Source: an uncultured bacterium
GTDB taxonomy: Bacteria; Chloroflexota; Limnocylindria; QHBO01
Length of the DNA stretch: 46,505 bases
Assembly: GCA_965651545.1 (NCBI GenBank)
Contig: CBFGSY010000001.1
Coordinates: 1-46,505, forward strand
Reading direction: 5' to 3'
Part shown: positions 1-8,956 of the stretch, piece by piece
Position numbering within the stretch: the stretch's first letter is position 1
Layout: every line of letters begins with the position of its first letter
The notes under the pieces: model-generated
What the model was told of the DNA's origin: nothing
The model's input: only the letters and a program-made list of their open reading frames with translations
Databases searched by the model: none
Program-made: the position numbers and the translations under genes

Positions 1-212
1 TGCTCGAATATGGCGAAGAACCCATCGCCTGCGGTATCGACCTCTCGGCCGCGATGTCGCTTCAGGTGGCGCCTGACGAGACGATGGTGCCGTGCGAGCA
101 GCTCCTTCCAGGCACGGTCGCCCAGCGCCTCCGCGCGCTCGGTGGAGCTGACGATGTCCGTGAACAGGACCGTCGCCACGGCCCGGCGGCTCCGCGATCG
201 GCGCAGCACCAT
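1..212 (-). CDS. adenylate/guanylate cyclase (class III) domain protein, N-terminal fragment running off the window edge
   Basis: ATG at 212..210 preceded by GGAGGAA. Translation MVLRRSRSRRAVATVLFTDIVSSTERAEALGDRAWKELLARHHRLVRRHLKRHRGREVDTAGDGFFAIFE has the LFTDIVxST...GDGFxAxF opening of class III cyclase catalytic domains. Absent from the ORF track because it is truncated. Confidence 0.7.
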   Translation of the reverse strand, partial: MVLRRSRSRRAVATVLFTDIVSSTERAEALGDRAWKELLARHHRLVRRHLKRHRGREVDTAGDGFFAIFE

Positions 213-217
213 CGGCC

Positions 218-2002
218 TCATTCCTCCGGGTGAAGCTGGATCTGGTCGAGTGACGGAGCGATCGAATCCGCGTCTGGCGAGAACTCCGCGACGCGCTCGG
301 AAAAGATCCAGTGGTGGTCGACGAATGCGAGGGGCACCCACGGCACCACGCGCTCCATCAGGAGCTGGTCGAGCTCGGCCCAGCACATGAACGCGGCGCT
401 GCCGACCGCCTGGCTGCAGGAGTCCAACTTGCCTTCGACGCTCGGGACCTCGGTCACCTCGTAGCCCCAGGATGCCAGCTGCTCCGCCGTCGCTCCCATC
501 AGCGATTGATTCAAAACGAACTCGTCGGAGATTCCCTCCTGGCCCAACAGCGGCCTGAAGTTCGCGGCGTTCGGGTAATCAACGGCCCACCCGATGCCGA
601 CCAATGCGGCGACGTGGGTCTGTGGGAGGAATGGATCTGCGTCGGTGGGGACGAGCTTGATCCCGATCTCGGCGAGATCACCCGTGACGACTGACACGTT
701 CGTCCCGTCGAACGAGGACACCGGAACCCGAGAGCAGGCTGCGACATCGCAGCGGCCGTCACCATCCGTGTCGTATGCGGACTGGCTCATCTCTGCGCGA
801 GCCCCCGCGATGTCGCCTCGGTCGCCGTTGGTCGGATACGGATCGTAGGTCCGCAGCAGGCCGTTCTCAACCGCGTCGGGGAAGGCGTGGTGGGCGACCG
901 TCACACTGTCATCCCTCGCCTCACTCACCGCAGCGGCGGCTGCCGCGCGATTGACCACCAGGTTCACCGCGCGTCGCACGTGAACGTCATCGAACGGAGG
1001 CTCGGCGAGGTTCATCGTCATGTAGTGGACGCGCATCGCGCTCTGGGAGAACACGCGCGTCCGAAGCGACTCGCTGGCGAGATATCGTTCGGCGACCGAT
1101 ACCGGGGCGGGCTCCGCCAGGAGATCGGCCTCGCCGGCCTCGATGAGGCCGATTCCTTCGCTCTGTTCCGCCACAAGCACCACCTCGATGCGCTCCGCGT
1201 GCGCAGGTCGGAGGGGATCGCTGGCCGGGGTCCAGGACGGGTTGCGGACCAGATTCACGCGGCCCCTCTCGCCACCTGCCCAGATCGGCGGAGCGTCCGC
1301 GTCGGTGATGTCGAGCTGCTCGGCACCTTCGTACATGTAGGGGCCCGAGGCCACCAGGAAACCGGCATACGCCTCGTTGTCCCGGCCCGCCAACGCCTCT
1401 TCGGGGATGGGTGCCATGAAGGGCAGCGCGACGCGGTTGCCAAAGTCGCCGGCCGGGGCGGTCAGGTGGATGACGAGCGTCCTGGCATCGGGGGCCTCCA
1501 TGCCGGCAATCGTGTCCACCGATCCTTCGATGAATTCAGGCACTCCCACGACGTCCAGCAGATATGGGGGTGGATCGGGGAGGCGGACCGTATGCTCTGC
1601 CGCGGTGATGAAGTCGCGTGCCTCGATCGCACGTTCGTCAAGCGGTGGCGCGTAGCGCAGGCCCTGGCGAAGGGTGAATGTCCAGGTGAGGCCATCGGCG
1701 GAGACCTGTGGCAACGCCTCGGCGAGATCGGGTCGCAGCTCGGCACCGCCCTCCTCGATCGGGCGGCCGTTGTAGGACAGCAGGGTCCGCACGAGGCAGC
1801 AACGATTGAGAGGGCTGTACGTGAAGGCTCCCGGATCGTAGTAGGGGGATCCCGGCGAGGCCTCGGTCCCATTCTGCACGACGACGACCCGCAGGGTGCC
1901 GCCGGTCTGCGGCACAGCGGTCGAGGTCGGGGTGGGAGCGCCGCACCCGAGCAGCAGCATGCACACAAGGCTCGCGATGAGGCTGGAAGCCGGACGGGGC
2001 AC
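218..2002 (-). CDS. ABC transporter substrate-binding lipoprotein (family 5, peptide/nickel type)
   Basis: Part of track ORF 218..2431. I place the start at GTG 2002 (GGAGAA 5 nt upstream), giving a signal peptide PRPASSLIASLVCMLLLGC with lipobox LLGC. The upstream part of the ORF overlaps ftsA out of frame. Length (594 aa) and overall composition fit SBP family 5. Confidence 0.75.
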   Translation of the reverse strand: MPRPASSLIASLVCMLLLGCGAPTPTSTAVPQTGGTLRVVVVQNGTEASPGSPYYDPGAFTYSPLNRCCLVRTLLSYNGRPIEEGGAELRPDLAEALPQVSADGLTWTFTLRQGLRYAPPLDERAIEARDFITAAEHTVRLPDPPPYLLDVVGVPEFIEGSVDTIAGMEAPDARTLVIHLTAPAGDFGNRVALPFMAPIPEEALAGRDNEAYAGFLVASGPYMYEGAEQLDITDADAPPIWAGGERGRVNLVRNPSWTPASDPLRPAHAERIEVVLVAEQSEGIGLIEAGEADLLAEPAPVSVAERYLASESLRTRVFSQSAMRVHYMTMNLAEPPFDDVHVRRAVNLVVNRAAAAAAVSEARDDSVTVAHHAFPDAVENGLLRTYDPYPTNGDRGDIAGARAEMSQSAYDTDGDGRCDVAACSRVPVSSFDGTNVSVVTGDLAEIGIKLVPTDADPFLPQTHVAALVGIGWAVDYPNAANFRPLLGQEGISDEFVLNQSLMGATAEQLASWGYEVTEVPSVEGKLDSCSQAVGSAAFMCWAELDQLLMERVVPWVPLAFVDHHWIFSERVAEFSPDADSIAPSLDQIQLHPEE

Positions 2003-2067
2003 CTCGGTTCTCCGGCGGCGAAACGCTGGCACTATACCGCGGCCCACATCGCCCCCAACGCGGCTGG

Positions 2068-3306
2068 TCAGCCCGGAAACAGCCCTCGCACCCAGTCCAT
2101 GACGCGGCCCCCCACGCCGGCCAGCGGCGACCCGGACGCGTAGCCGATCGGCTCTTCGCCGGCGTGGTGCGCCCCCCACAGCAGCAGCCCGATCGGCGTG
2201 CTGAAAGCGGGGTTCGACAGCTGGTCCATCAGCCCGCCGACGCCCTGCGGCGCACCGATGCGGACCGGCATCTGGAACACCTCGCGCGCCAGGTCGGCAG
2301 CGCCGGCGATCCGTGCTCCGCCGCCGGTCAGCACGACACCGGCAGGCAGCATCCCGGCGTGGCCGGAGCGCTTGATCTCCTCGCCGATGAGCGAATAGAT
2401 CTCGCTCATCCGCGCCTCGATGATCTCGCACAGCTTGCGCCGCTGGATCGTCTGGCCGCCACCGTCACCCAGCACGGCCACGTTCAGCAGCTCCTCCGGC
2501 TGGACGGCGCCCAGGTTGGCGGTGCCGTGCTTGATCTTGATCTCCTCGGCCAGGTTGAGGCTGGTGCGCAGGCCGATGGCCACGTCGTTGGTCACGTTGA
2601 TGGCGCCAACCGGCAGGACCGCCGAGTGGAAGATGCCGCCGTCGGTGAAGATGGCGATGTCGGTCGTGCCGCCGCCGATATCGGCCACCAATACGCCCAG
2701 CTCCTTCTCGGTGTCGGTCAGGGTCGCCTCCGCCGCCGCCAGGGAGCTGATCACCAGCTCGTCGATCTGGACGTTGGCGTTGGCGATGCACTTGGTCAGG
2801 TTCTGGACCGACGTGGCCGCCCCCGAGACGATGTGCGTCTCGACCTCCAGGCGCACCGCGCTCATGCCGAGCGGGTCCTTGATCCCCTCCTGCCCATCGA
2901 CGATGTAGCCGCGCGGGATGACGTGCAGCGTCTCCCGATTCGATGGCGTCTGGATTGCCTTGGCCGCCTCGGTGGCACGCGCCACGTCCTCCCGGCTCAC
3001 CTCACGCCCGTGGCCCGAGACGGCCACCACGCCGCGGCTGTTCTGGCTCGAGATGTGGGAGCCGCCGACACTGACGAACGCGCTGCTGATCTTGTAGCCG
3101 GAGAGGCGCTCGGCCTTCTCGAGGCTGCCGGCGATCGAGTTCACGGTCTGGTCGATGTTGGCGACCATCCCCTTCTTCATCCCGATCGAAGGGGCGATCC
3201 CATAGCCGATGATGTCGACGTCGCCCGACCGTCCGACCTCGCCGATGAGGGTCGTCACCTTGGTCGTGCCGGCGTCGATGCCGACCAGCACCGTCTCCCT
3301 GTCCAA
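2068..3306 (-). CDS. ftsA: cell division protein FtsA
   Basis: TTG start with GGAGGT 4 nt upstream. Actin-fold motifs VGIDAGTTKV and DIGGGTTDIA. C-terminal amphipathic helix GRVMDWVRGLFPG. Sits at the end of the dcw cluster. Confidence 0.95.
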   Translation of the reverse strand: MDRETVLVGIDAGTTKVTTLIGEVGRSGDVDIIGYGIAPSIGMKKGMVANIDQTVNSIAGSLEKAERLSGYKISSAFVSVGGSHISSQNSRGVVAVSGHGREVSREDVARATEAAKAIQTPSNRETLHVIPRGYIVDGQEGIKDPLGMSAVRLEVETHIVSGAATSVQNLTKCIANANVQIDELVISSLAAAEATLTDTEKELGVLVADIGGGTTDIAIFTDGGIFHSAVLPVGAINVTNDVAIGLRTSLNLAEEIKIKHGTANLGAVQPEELLNVAVLGDGGGQTIQRRKLCEIIEARMSEIYSLIGEEIKRSGHAGMLPAGVVLTGGGARIAGAADLAREVFQMPVRIGAPQGVGGLMDQLSNPAFSTPIGLLLWGAHHAGEEPIGYASGSPLAGVGGRVMDWVRGLFPG

Positions 3307-3360
3307 GCTACCTCCGTTCGTCTCGCCGAGTGGCGGAGCCGCTCGGCCCCCCGTCCGAGC

Positions 3361-3684
3361 CTACAGGAAGTGGCGTCGGATCAGGGCGACGTTTTGGAAG
3401 ATGCGAAGCCCGAAGGCGAAGAGCGCGACCAGGTACAGATCGATCCCCAGTCGATCGCCCACGAAGGTCAGCGCCACCGCGACCAGGGCGTTGGTCACGA
3501 AGCCGGACAGGAAGACCCGGTTGTCGTAGTGCGCGTCCAGCTCGGCGCGAATCGCGCCCAGGACCGAGTCCAGCCCGGCCAGGATGCCTACCGCGCTGTA
3601 CCGCGCCAGGTCTGGACTGACGTTCACGTTCAGCACCAGTCCCAGCGCGATGCCGAGCGCAAGGCCGATCAGGGGGAGCCACAT
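3361..3684 (-). CDS. sbp: small basic protein Sbp (DUF1290 family)
   Basis: 107 aa, MWLPLIGLALGIALG...DLYLVALFAFGLRIFQNVALIRRHFL. Closely resembles B. subtilis Sbp, which also lies between divIB and ftsA. Confidence 0.85.
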   Translation of the reverse strand: MWLPLIGLALGIALGLVLNVNVSPDLARYSAVGILAGLDSVLGAIRAELDAHYDNRVFLSGFVTNALVAVALTFVGDRLGIDLYLVALFAFGLRIFQNVALIRRHFL

Positions 3685-3738
3685 CCGGGTGGGTTCCGCT
3701 GCGCGCCGCGCGGATCGCCATCCAATCCGCTGCGATCT

Positions 3739-4596
3739 CTACGGGGCCCAATATACCTTCCCCGGGTTGCGGGCATCCAGCCAGGACACCGCCAGCTCAC
3801 GCCGCTCGGCGAACAGGGTGCGGATGGCAGCCAGCTGGCGCTCGAGGCGCGCGTCGGCGTCCGCCCGGTCCTCGTGCGGGTCGAGCTCGTAGAAGCCCAT
3901 CGCCGCCCGCCACGAGGGCTGGGTCGAGGCGATCTCGAAGCCGAGCTCGTCGTCGATGCTCACCGACAGCTGCCGCGAGCGGGAGCCGATCAGCTCCGGG
4001 TCGAGGGTCACCAGCCGCTGGGCGATGCGCAGCTCCTCCGGCGGCAGTACGTCGCCGATCGTCAGACCGTGGCTGGCCACCCGCTCGTCGCTGACCTGCG
4101 GCAGCTCGGCCAGGTCGGCGTCGAGCTCGCCGCTCAGTGGAAGCTCGGCCAGGATCGTGCCGTCAGCGGCGCTGACGAGCTGCACCGCACTGGTGCGCCA
4201 GACGACGGCAGCTGGCTTCTCCGTGATCGTCACCCGCAGGTCGCCGGGGAGCAGGGTCCGGACGGTGGCATCGGCCACCGCAGGCAGCGCCGTGAGCCGC
4301 GCGCGCAGCGCCTCGCTGTCGACCCTCAGCAGCGACGTGCCGCGATAGGGTTCGATCATCCCGTCCAGGTCGGCGACCGACGTGTAGCGCTGGCCGGCGT
4401 GTGCTACCGAGGTGATCCGCAACCACTGCCCGTTGACGAGCACGACCAGCCAGCTAAGCGATGAGACTAAGGCTTGCAGCGCCAGCATGCGGGCGACCGA
4501 TGGCAGCCGAGCGCCCAAGCGGCGGCGCAGCGGCGGCGAGGGCCGTCGGGCATGGCCAACCGAGCGGCGCCGCGGGCGGAGATGGGTCCGCCTCAC
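3739..4596 (-). CDS. ftsQ: cell division protein FtsQ/DivIB (POTRA domain)
   Basis: Arg-rich cytoplasmic N-terminus, one TM segment (LALQALVSSLSWLVVLV), then a POTRA-like region (RITSVAHAGQRYTSVADL...LLRVDSEALRARLTALPAVADATVRTLLPGDLRVTITE). GTG start overlaps the ddl stop by 4 nt; an internal start further downstream cannot be excluded. Confidence 0.8.
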   Translation of the reverse strand: MRRTHLRPRRRSVGHARRPSPPLRRRLGARLPSVARMLALQALVSSLSWLVVLVNGQWLRITSVAHAGQRYTSVADLDGMIEPYRGTSLLRVDSEALRARLTALPAVADATVRTLLPGDLRVTITEKPAAVVWRTSAVQLVSAADGTILAELPLSGELDADLAELPQVSDERVASHGLTIGDVLPPEELRIAQRLVTLDPELIGSRSRQLSVSIDDELGFEIASTQPSWRAAMGFYELDPHEDRADADARLERQLAAIRTLFAERRELAVSWLDARNPGKVYWAP

Positions 4597-5714
4597 TCCT
4601 CGCTCCCCTCGGACGCGCGCTCCAGGCCCAGGTCGATCAACCGGTCGATCAGCTCACCGAAGCCGATCCCCGCCAGCTCGGCCTGCTTCGGGAACATGCT
4701 GGTGCTCGTGAATCCGGGGATGGTGTTCATCTCGCTTATGTAGATCGCGTCGTCTGGCACCAGGAAGTCGACGCGCGCGAAGCCCGCGCAGTCGACGGCC
4801 CGATAGGCGGCCAGCGCCAGATCGCGCAGGCGCGTGGCGAGCTCCGGCTCGAGCGCTGCCCGGGGCACGACGTCGGCCAGGCCCTCGGTGTACTTGGCCT
4901 CGTAGTCGTACCACTCGTGGTGGCTGCGCACCTCGCCCGGCTCGAAGGCCAGTGGCTGGTCGTTGCCGATCACCCCGCACTCCAGCTCACGGGCGTTGGC
5001 CAGATAGCGCTCGACGATGACCTTGCCGTCGTAGCGCAGCGCCTCTTCGATCGCGTCGGGAAGCTCACCGGCGTGGTGGACGAGTGTCATGCCCAGGCTG
5101 CTGCCCAGCCGGGCAGGCTTGACGACCGACTGCGGCCCGATGTCGGCGGCGATCTGCGCCAGCACGTCGCGCGGCGCATCGGTCCACGCCGAACGGCGGA
5201 ACCAGGTGAAGTCGACCACCGGCAGCCCGTGGCCGCGCATCAGGTCCTTGAAGACCACCTTGTCCATGGCCACCGCGCTGGCCAGCACCCCGGCGCCGGT
5301 GTACGGGATGCCAGCAAGGTCCAGGAAGCCCTGCAGGGTGCCATCCTCGCCGAACGGCCCATGGATCACGAGAAACGCGATGTCGATGGCCTCGGCCAGC
5401 GAGCGCAGCGCGGCCCTGGGCGCCAGCGCGCCTGCCTCGCCGGCCGGCACCGGCAGCGTTGAGCCTTCGTGCAGGTGAGCGCTATGGGAGGCGGGCGTGT
5501 CGACACCCAGCAGGCCGGCCAGGCCTGGGCCCTCCACCTGCGGCGCCGGCCCGGCGGGCAGGTGCCAGCGCCCCTGCCGGTCGATGTACACCAGGTACGG
5601 CTCGTAGCGCTCGCGATCGATGGCGCGCAGCACCGATTCGGCGGACGAGACGCTGACCTCGTGCTCGGCCGAGCGGCCGCCGGCGAAGATGCCGACCCGC
5701 AGCCGGTGCCTCAC
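4593..5714 (-). CDS. ddl: D-alanine--D-alanine ligase
   Basis: LRVGIFAGGRSAEHEVSVSSA N-terminus, ATP-grasp body, EMNTIPGFTSTSMFPK near the C-terminus. 4-nt overlap with murB. Confidence 0.95.
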   Translation of the reverse strand: MRHRLRVGIFAGGRSAEHEVSVSSAESVLRAIDRERYEPYLVYIDRQGRWHLPAGPAPQVEGPGLAGLLGVDTPASHSAHLHEGSTLPVPAGEAGALAPRAALRSLAEAIDIAFLVIHGPFGEDGTLQGFLDLAGIPYTGAGVLASAVAMDKVVFKDLMRGHGLPVVDFTWFRRSAWTDAPRDVLAQIAADIGPQSVVKPARLGSSLGMTLVHHAGELPDAIEEALRYDGKVIVERYLANARELECGVIGNDQPLAFEPGEVRSHHEWYDYEAKYTEGLADVVPRAALEPELATRLRDLALAAYRAVDCAGFARVDFLVPDDAIYISEMNTIPGFTSTSMFPKQAELAGIGFGELIDRLIDLGLERASEGSEE

Positions 5715-6652
5715 GACGGCACCGCGGGCTCGCCCCAGTCACCAACGAACTCGATTTCATAGGCCAGCTGCACGCCGAACCGTTGCGCCACGGCCTGGCG
5801 CACCCGCTCGCCAAGGGCGCGGACATCGGCCGCACGGCCGTCGCGATCGGTGACGATGAAGTTCGCGTGCAGCGCGCTCACCTCGGCGGTGCCGACACGG
5901 GTCCCCTTCAGTCCAGCCGCTTCGATGAGGCGCCCGGCGTGGTCGTCCGGCGGGTTGCGGAAGACGCTGCCCGCGTTCTTGTCGGCCAGCGGCTGGGTGG
6001 CGACCCGCTGCTCCTGGTGCTCGGCGACACGCGCGGCGATCTGGTCCGAATCGCCCTTCCTCAACCGAATCCCCGCGGACAGCACCACGTCGTCGGAGTG
6101 CTTGAACCTCGACTCGCGGTAGGCGAAGCCGCAATCCGCGTTCCCTAGGCGGATCAGGTCGTCCGCGTCCCGATCCCAGGCCTCGACCCAATCGACCACG
6201 TCGCGCATCTCGCCGCCATGGGCACCCGCATTGGCCCAGACGGCCCCGCCCAACGTGCCGGGAATGCTGATCCCGAATTCCAGGCCGGCCAGGCCCTCGG
6301 TCGTGCAGCGCTTGACCAGCATCGCCACCGGGCTGCCGGCCTCCGCTGTGAGATCGGTGCCGCTGATCGACAGAGCGCGGGCGCGGTTGCGGATCACCAG
6401 CCCGCGGACACCGGCATCGGCGACCACCAGGTCGCTGCCGTTGCCGAGCACCAGCCACGGGACCTCCGCTCCGCGCGCGACGCGCAGCAGCGCCAGCAGC
6501 TCATCGTTCGTGCGCGCCTCGGCATAGCGGTCGGCAGGCCCGCCCACGCGCAGCGTCGTCAGCGGCGCCAGCGGCACGTCCGAGCGCAGCTCCAGGCCGG
6601 CCCGCGCGGCGCCGGCGTCCAGCCGATCCAGGCCGCCGGCCACAGCCTTCAC
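5711..6652 (-). CDS. murB: UDP-N-acetylenolpyruvoylglucosamine reductase
   Basis: PLAPLTTLRVGGPADRY, VLGNGSDLVV and GSVFRNPP motifs typical of MurB. 4-nt overlaps on both sides. Confidence 0.95.
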   Translation of the reverse strand: MKAVAGGLDRLDAGAARAGLELRSDVPLAPLTTLRVGGPADRYAEARTNDELLALLRVARGAEVPWLVLGNGSDLVVADAGVRGLVIRNRARALSISGTDLTAEAGSPVAMLVKRCTTEGLAGLEFGISIPGTLGGAVWANAGAHGGEMRDVVDWVEAWDRDADDLIRLGNADCGFAYRESRFKHSDDVVLSAGIRLRKGDSDQIAARVAEHQEQRVATQPLADKNAGSVFRNPPDDHAGRLIEAAGLKGTRVGTAEVSALHANFIVTDRDGRAADVRALGERVRQAVAQRFGVQLAYEIEFVGDWGEPAVPS

Positions 6653-7782
6653 TGCCCTGCCCCCCGCGACGATGGCAGCGGCCGCCGCTCCCCCATGGCC
6701 AGCAGCTCCTCGGCGATCATGGTGGCGGCGTCGGGCCGGCCGAGCGACCGCGCGGCATCCGCCATCCGGGCCCTGGCGTCGTCGTCGCGCAGCGCGAGAG
6801 CCTCGGCCACCAGCCGGTCGCCGTCGAGCTCGGCGTCGCGCACCATCACCGCTGCCGCACGGTCCGCCAGGAAGGCCGCGTTGGCGCGCTGGTGCTCTCC
6901 GGCGTGCGGGTACGGGACCAGGATCGAGGCAACGCCCACCGCTGCCACCTCGGCGCAGGTGGAGGAGCCCGACCGGCCGACGACCAGGTCGCTCGCGACC
7001 AACGCATCGGTCATGCGATCGGTCAGGAAGCCCACCGGCTGGTAGCGATCGGCAAGGCCCGCCGGCAGGCTGCTTCGGATCCGCTCGGCGTGGGGCAGTC
7101 CGGCCTCGCCGGCGATGTGCAGCACCCGCCAGTCGGCCAGCAGTCGCTGCAGGCCGGCCTCTAGCGCTGCGGTGATGCGCGCCACTGCCTGCGAGCCGCC
7201 GAACACCAGCAGCAGGCGGTCATCCGGCGCGACGCCGAACGACGCGCGTGCGGCTGCCCGGTCGACACCGTGGAACGATCGGATCGGCGTGCCGGACACG
7301 AAGCCGCGCCCGCGGAACACGTCGAGCGTCGGCGGGTACGAGACAGCGACCCTCGTCGCGAGGCGGCCGATGGCGGCGGTGGCCCGGCCGGCAACCACGT
7401 TGCCCTCCCAGACCAGTGACGGGATCCCGCGCGCGCGGGCCGCCATGACCAATGGAATTCCCAGGTAGCCACCGCTGGTGAAGACCGCCTGCGGCCGCAG
7501 CCTCCCCAGCAGGCGCCACGCCTGAGGCACCGAGGCCGCCAGTCGCGCTGGGTCCAGGACCAGGTGCGCGTTCACGCCGCCGGACCGCAGGGAGCGGACC
7601 AACAACTCGTGATAAGCCAGGGGCAGATCGCCGGCATCGGCCACGATCCGTCGCTCGAGGCCACGGACGCCGCCGATGTAGGCCAGCTCAAGCCCGGGCC
7701 GAGCGTCGCGCAGGGCCCGCGCGACGGCCAGCGCGGGGTACACGTGCCCGCCGGTCCCGCCGCCCGACACCAAATACCGCAT
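6649..7782 (-). CDS. murG: UDP-N-acetylglucosamine--N-acetylmuramyl-(pentapeptide) pyrophosphoryl-undecaprenol GlcNAc transferase
   Basis: MRYLVSGGGTGGHVYPALAVA G-loop at the N-terminus; GT28 fold length (377 aa). Confidence 0.95.
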   Translation of the reverse strand: MRYLVSGGGTGGHVYPALAVARALRDARPGLELAYIGGVRGLERRIVADAGDLPLAYHELLVRSLRSGGVNAHLVLDPARLAASVPQAWRLLGRLRPQAVFTSGGYLGIPLVMAARARGIPSLVWEGNVVAGRATAAIGRLATRVAVSYPPTLDVFRGRGFVSGTPIRSFHGVDRAAARASFGVAPDDRLLLVFGGSQAVARITAALEAGLQRLLADWRVLHIAGEAGLPHAERIRSSLPAGLADRYQPVGFLTDRMTDALVASDLVVGRSGSSTCAEVAAVGVASILVPYPHAGEHQRANAAFLADRAAAVMVRDAELDGDRLVAEALALRDDDARARMADAARSLGRPDAATMIAEELLAMGERRPLPSSRGAGQ

Positions 7783-8956
7783 CGAGCAACGATCCTGTCT
7801 GTGAGGTCTCGCGCGAGATCGACAGCAGGATGCCGACCGCCACGAGGTTGATGGTGAGCGCCGATCCGCCGTAGCTGATGAATGGCAGCGGGATGCCGGT
7901 GACCGGCATCAGCGCGGTGACCACCATCATGTTGATGCAGGCCTGCGCCACCAGCCAGGTGGTGATGCCAGCCGCCAGCAGGCCGGAGAACGTGTCCGGC
8001 GCGGTGATCGCGATCCGGTAGCCCTGGTAGGCCACCACCACGAAGAGGACCAGCACGGTCAACGTGCCGACGAGCCCCCACTCTTCTCCGATGATGGCGA
8101 AGATGAAGTCGGTCGACGGCGCCGGCAGGTAGAGGTACTTGAGCCGGCTCGCGCCGAGGCCCTGTCCGGCGATGCCGCCCAGCGCCAGCGCCAGCAGGCC
8201 CTGGATCGTGTTGTAGCCGGCATCCAGCGGATCGCGGAACGGGTCGAGGAAGGTCCGCACTCGTTCGGCCTGGTATGCCGTGGTGCTGATCATCAGCACC
8301 GCCGCACCCACGATGGCGGAGCCGACCACGGCCAGGTAGGCAAGGTTGGCACCGGCCATGAAGAAGATGGCGAAGGTCGTGATGGCATACACGCCGGCCG
8401 TCCCCAGGTCCGGCTCCAGCGCGATCAGCAGGAAGCCGGGCCCAACCAGCAGCCCGAACGGGATGAAGCCGTTCCAGAACGAGCGGACGCCCCGGCCGCG
8501 GCGGTCCAGCCAGTGGGCGAGGTAGATGCAGATGGCGAGCTTCGCGATCTCGGCCGGCTGGAAGGAGCCGATGCCCGGGATCACGATCCAGCGGCGCGAC
8601 CCGAACGCCTCGGTGCCGATGCCCGGGATGAGGACCGCGACCAGCAGGGCCAGCGTCACCAGGTAGGCCGGGATGGCGAGGTAGCGCAGCAGCCGGAAGT
8701 CGATCTTGCTGGCGATCAGCAGCGCCCCCAGGCCCAGCACCGCCCAGATCGCCTGCTGCAGCCCCTGGGCCGCGGGGTCGCTGCTGGCCAGGTAGGACTG
8801 GACGCTGGAGGCGGAGTAGACCATCACCACGCCAATGGCGACCAGCGCCAGGACGGCGGTGAGCAGCGGGTAGTTGACGTGGTGCCGCTCGCGGCGAACG
8901 CCGGTCGTCCGGCTGGCGGCGTGCCGGCGCGAGACGGCGACGGCGGCGGCGCTCAC
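7688..8956 (-). CDS. ftsW: peptidoglycan glycosyltransferase FtsW (SEDS family)
   Basis: Multi-TM SEDS protein (VMVYSASS, PAEIAKLAICIYLA, LEPDLGTA, TDFIFAIIGEEWG, PLPFISYGGSAL). Start overlaps the murD stop by 4 nt. The 3' end overlaps murG by 95 nt (see findings). Confidence 0.9.
   Translation of the reverse strand: MSAAAVAVSRRHAASRTTGVRRERHHVNYPLLTAVLALVAIGVVMVYSASSVQSYLASSDPAAQGLQQAIWAVLGLGALLIASKIDFRLLRYLAIPAYLVTLALLVAVLIPGIGTEAFGSRRWIVIPGIGSFQPAEIAKLAICIYLAHWLDRRGRGVRSFWNGFIPFGLLVGPGFLLIALEPDLGTAGVYAITTFAIFFMAGANLAYLAVVGSAIVGAAVLMISTTAYQAERVRTFLDPFRDPLDAGYNTIQGLLALALGGIAGQGLGASRLKYLYLPAPSTDFIFAIIGEEWGLVGTLTVLVLFVVVAYQGYRIAITAPDTFSGLLAAGITTWLVAQACINMMVVTALMPVTGIPLPFISYGGSALTINLVAVGILLSISRETSQTGSLLDAVFGVGRRDRRARVPRAGRRAGPARRSARA

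Noticed and set aside
2003-2431. N-terminal extension of the solute-binding protein ORF (start at 2431).
   Set aside because: The extension overlaps the ftsA 3' end out of frame and is Arg-rich nonsense. An SD-preceded GTG at 2002 gives a proper lipoprotein signal peptide.
2164-4464. A 766-aa plus-strand ORF, and similar very long ORFs: 21412..23604 (+), 31606..33684 (+), 43549..45699 (-), 25997..27577 (-), 25653..26858 (-), 16572..17990 (+).
   Set aside because: Each is antisense or out of frame to a gene with unmistakable family motifs (ftsA/ftsQ, sdhA, biotin carboxylase/pccB, UvrA paralog, sucCD, vWA). Their translations are Arg/Pro/Gly/Ala-rich and low complexity. These are stop-poor shadow frames expected at about 70% GC.
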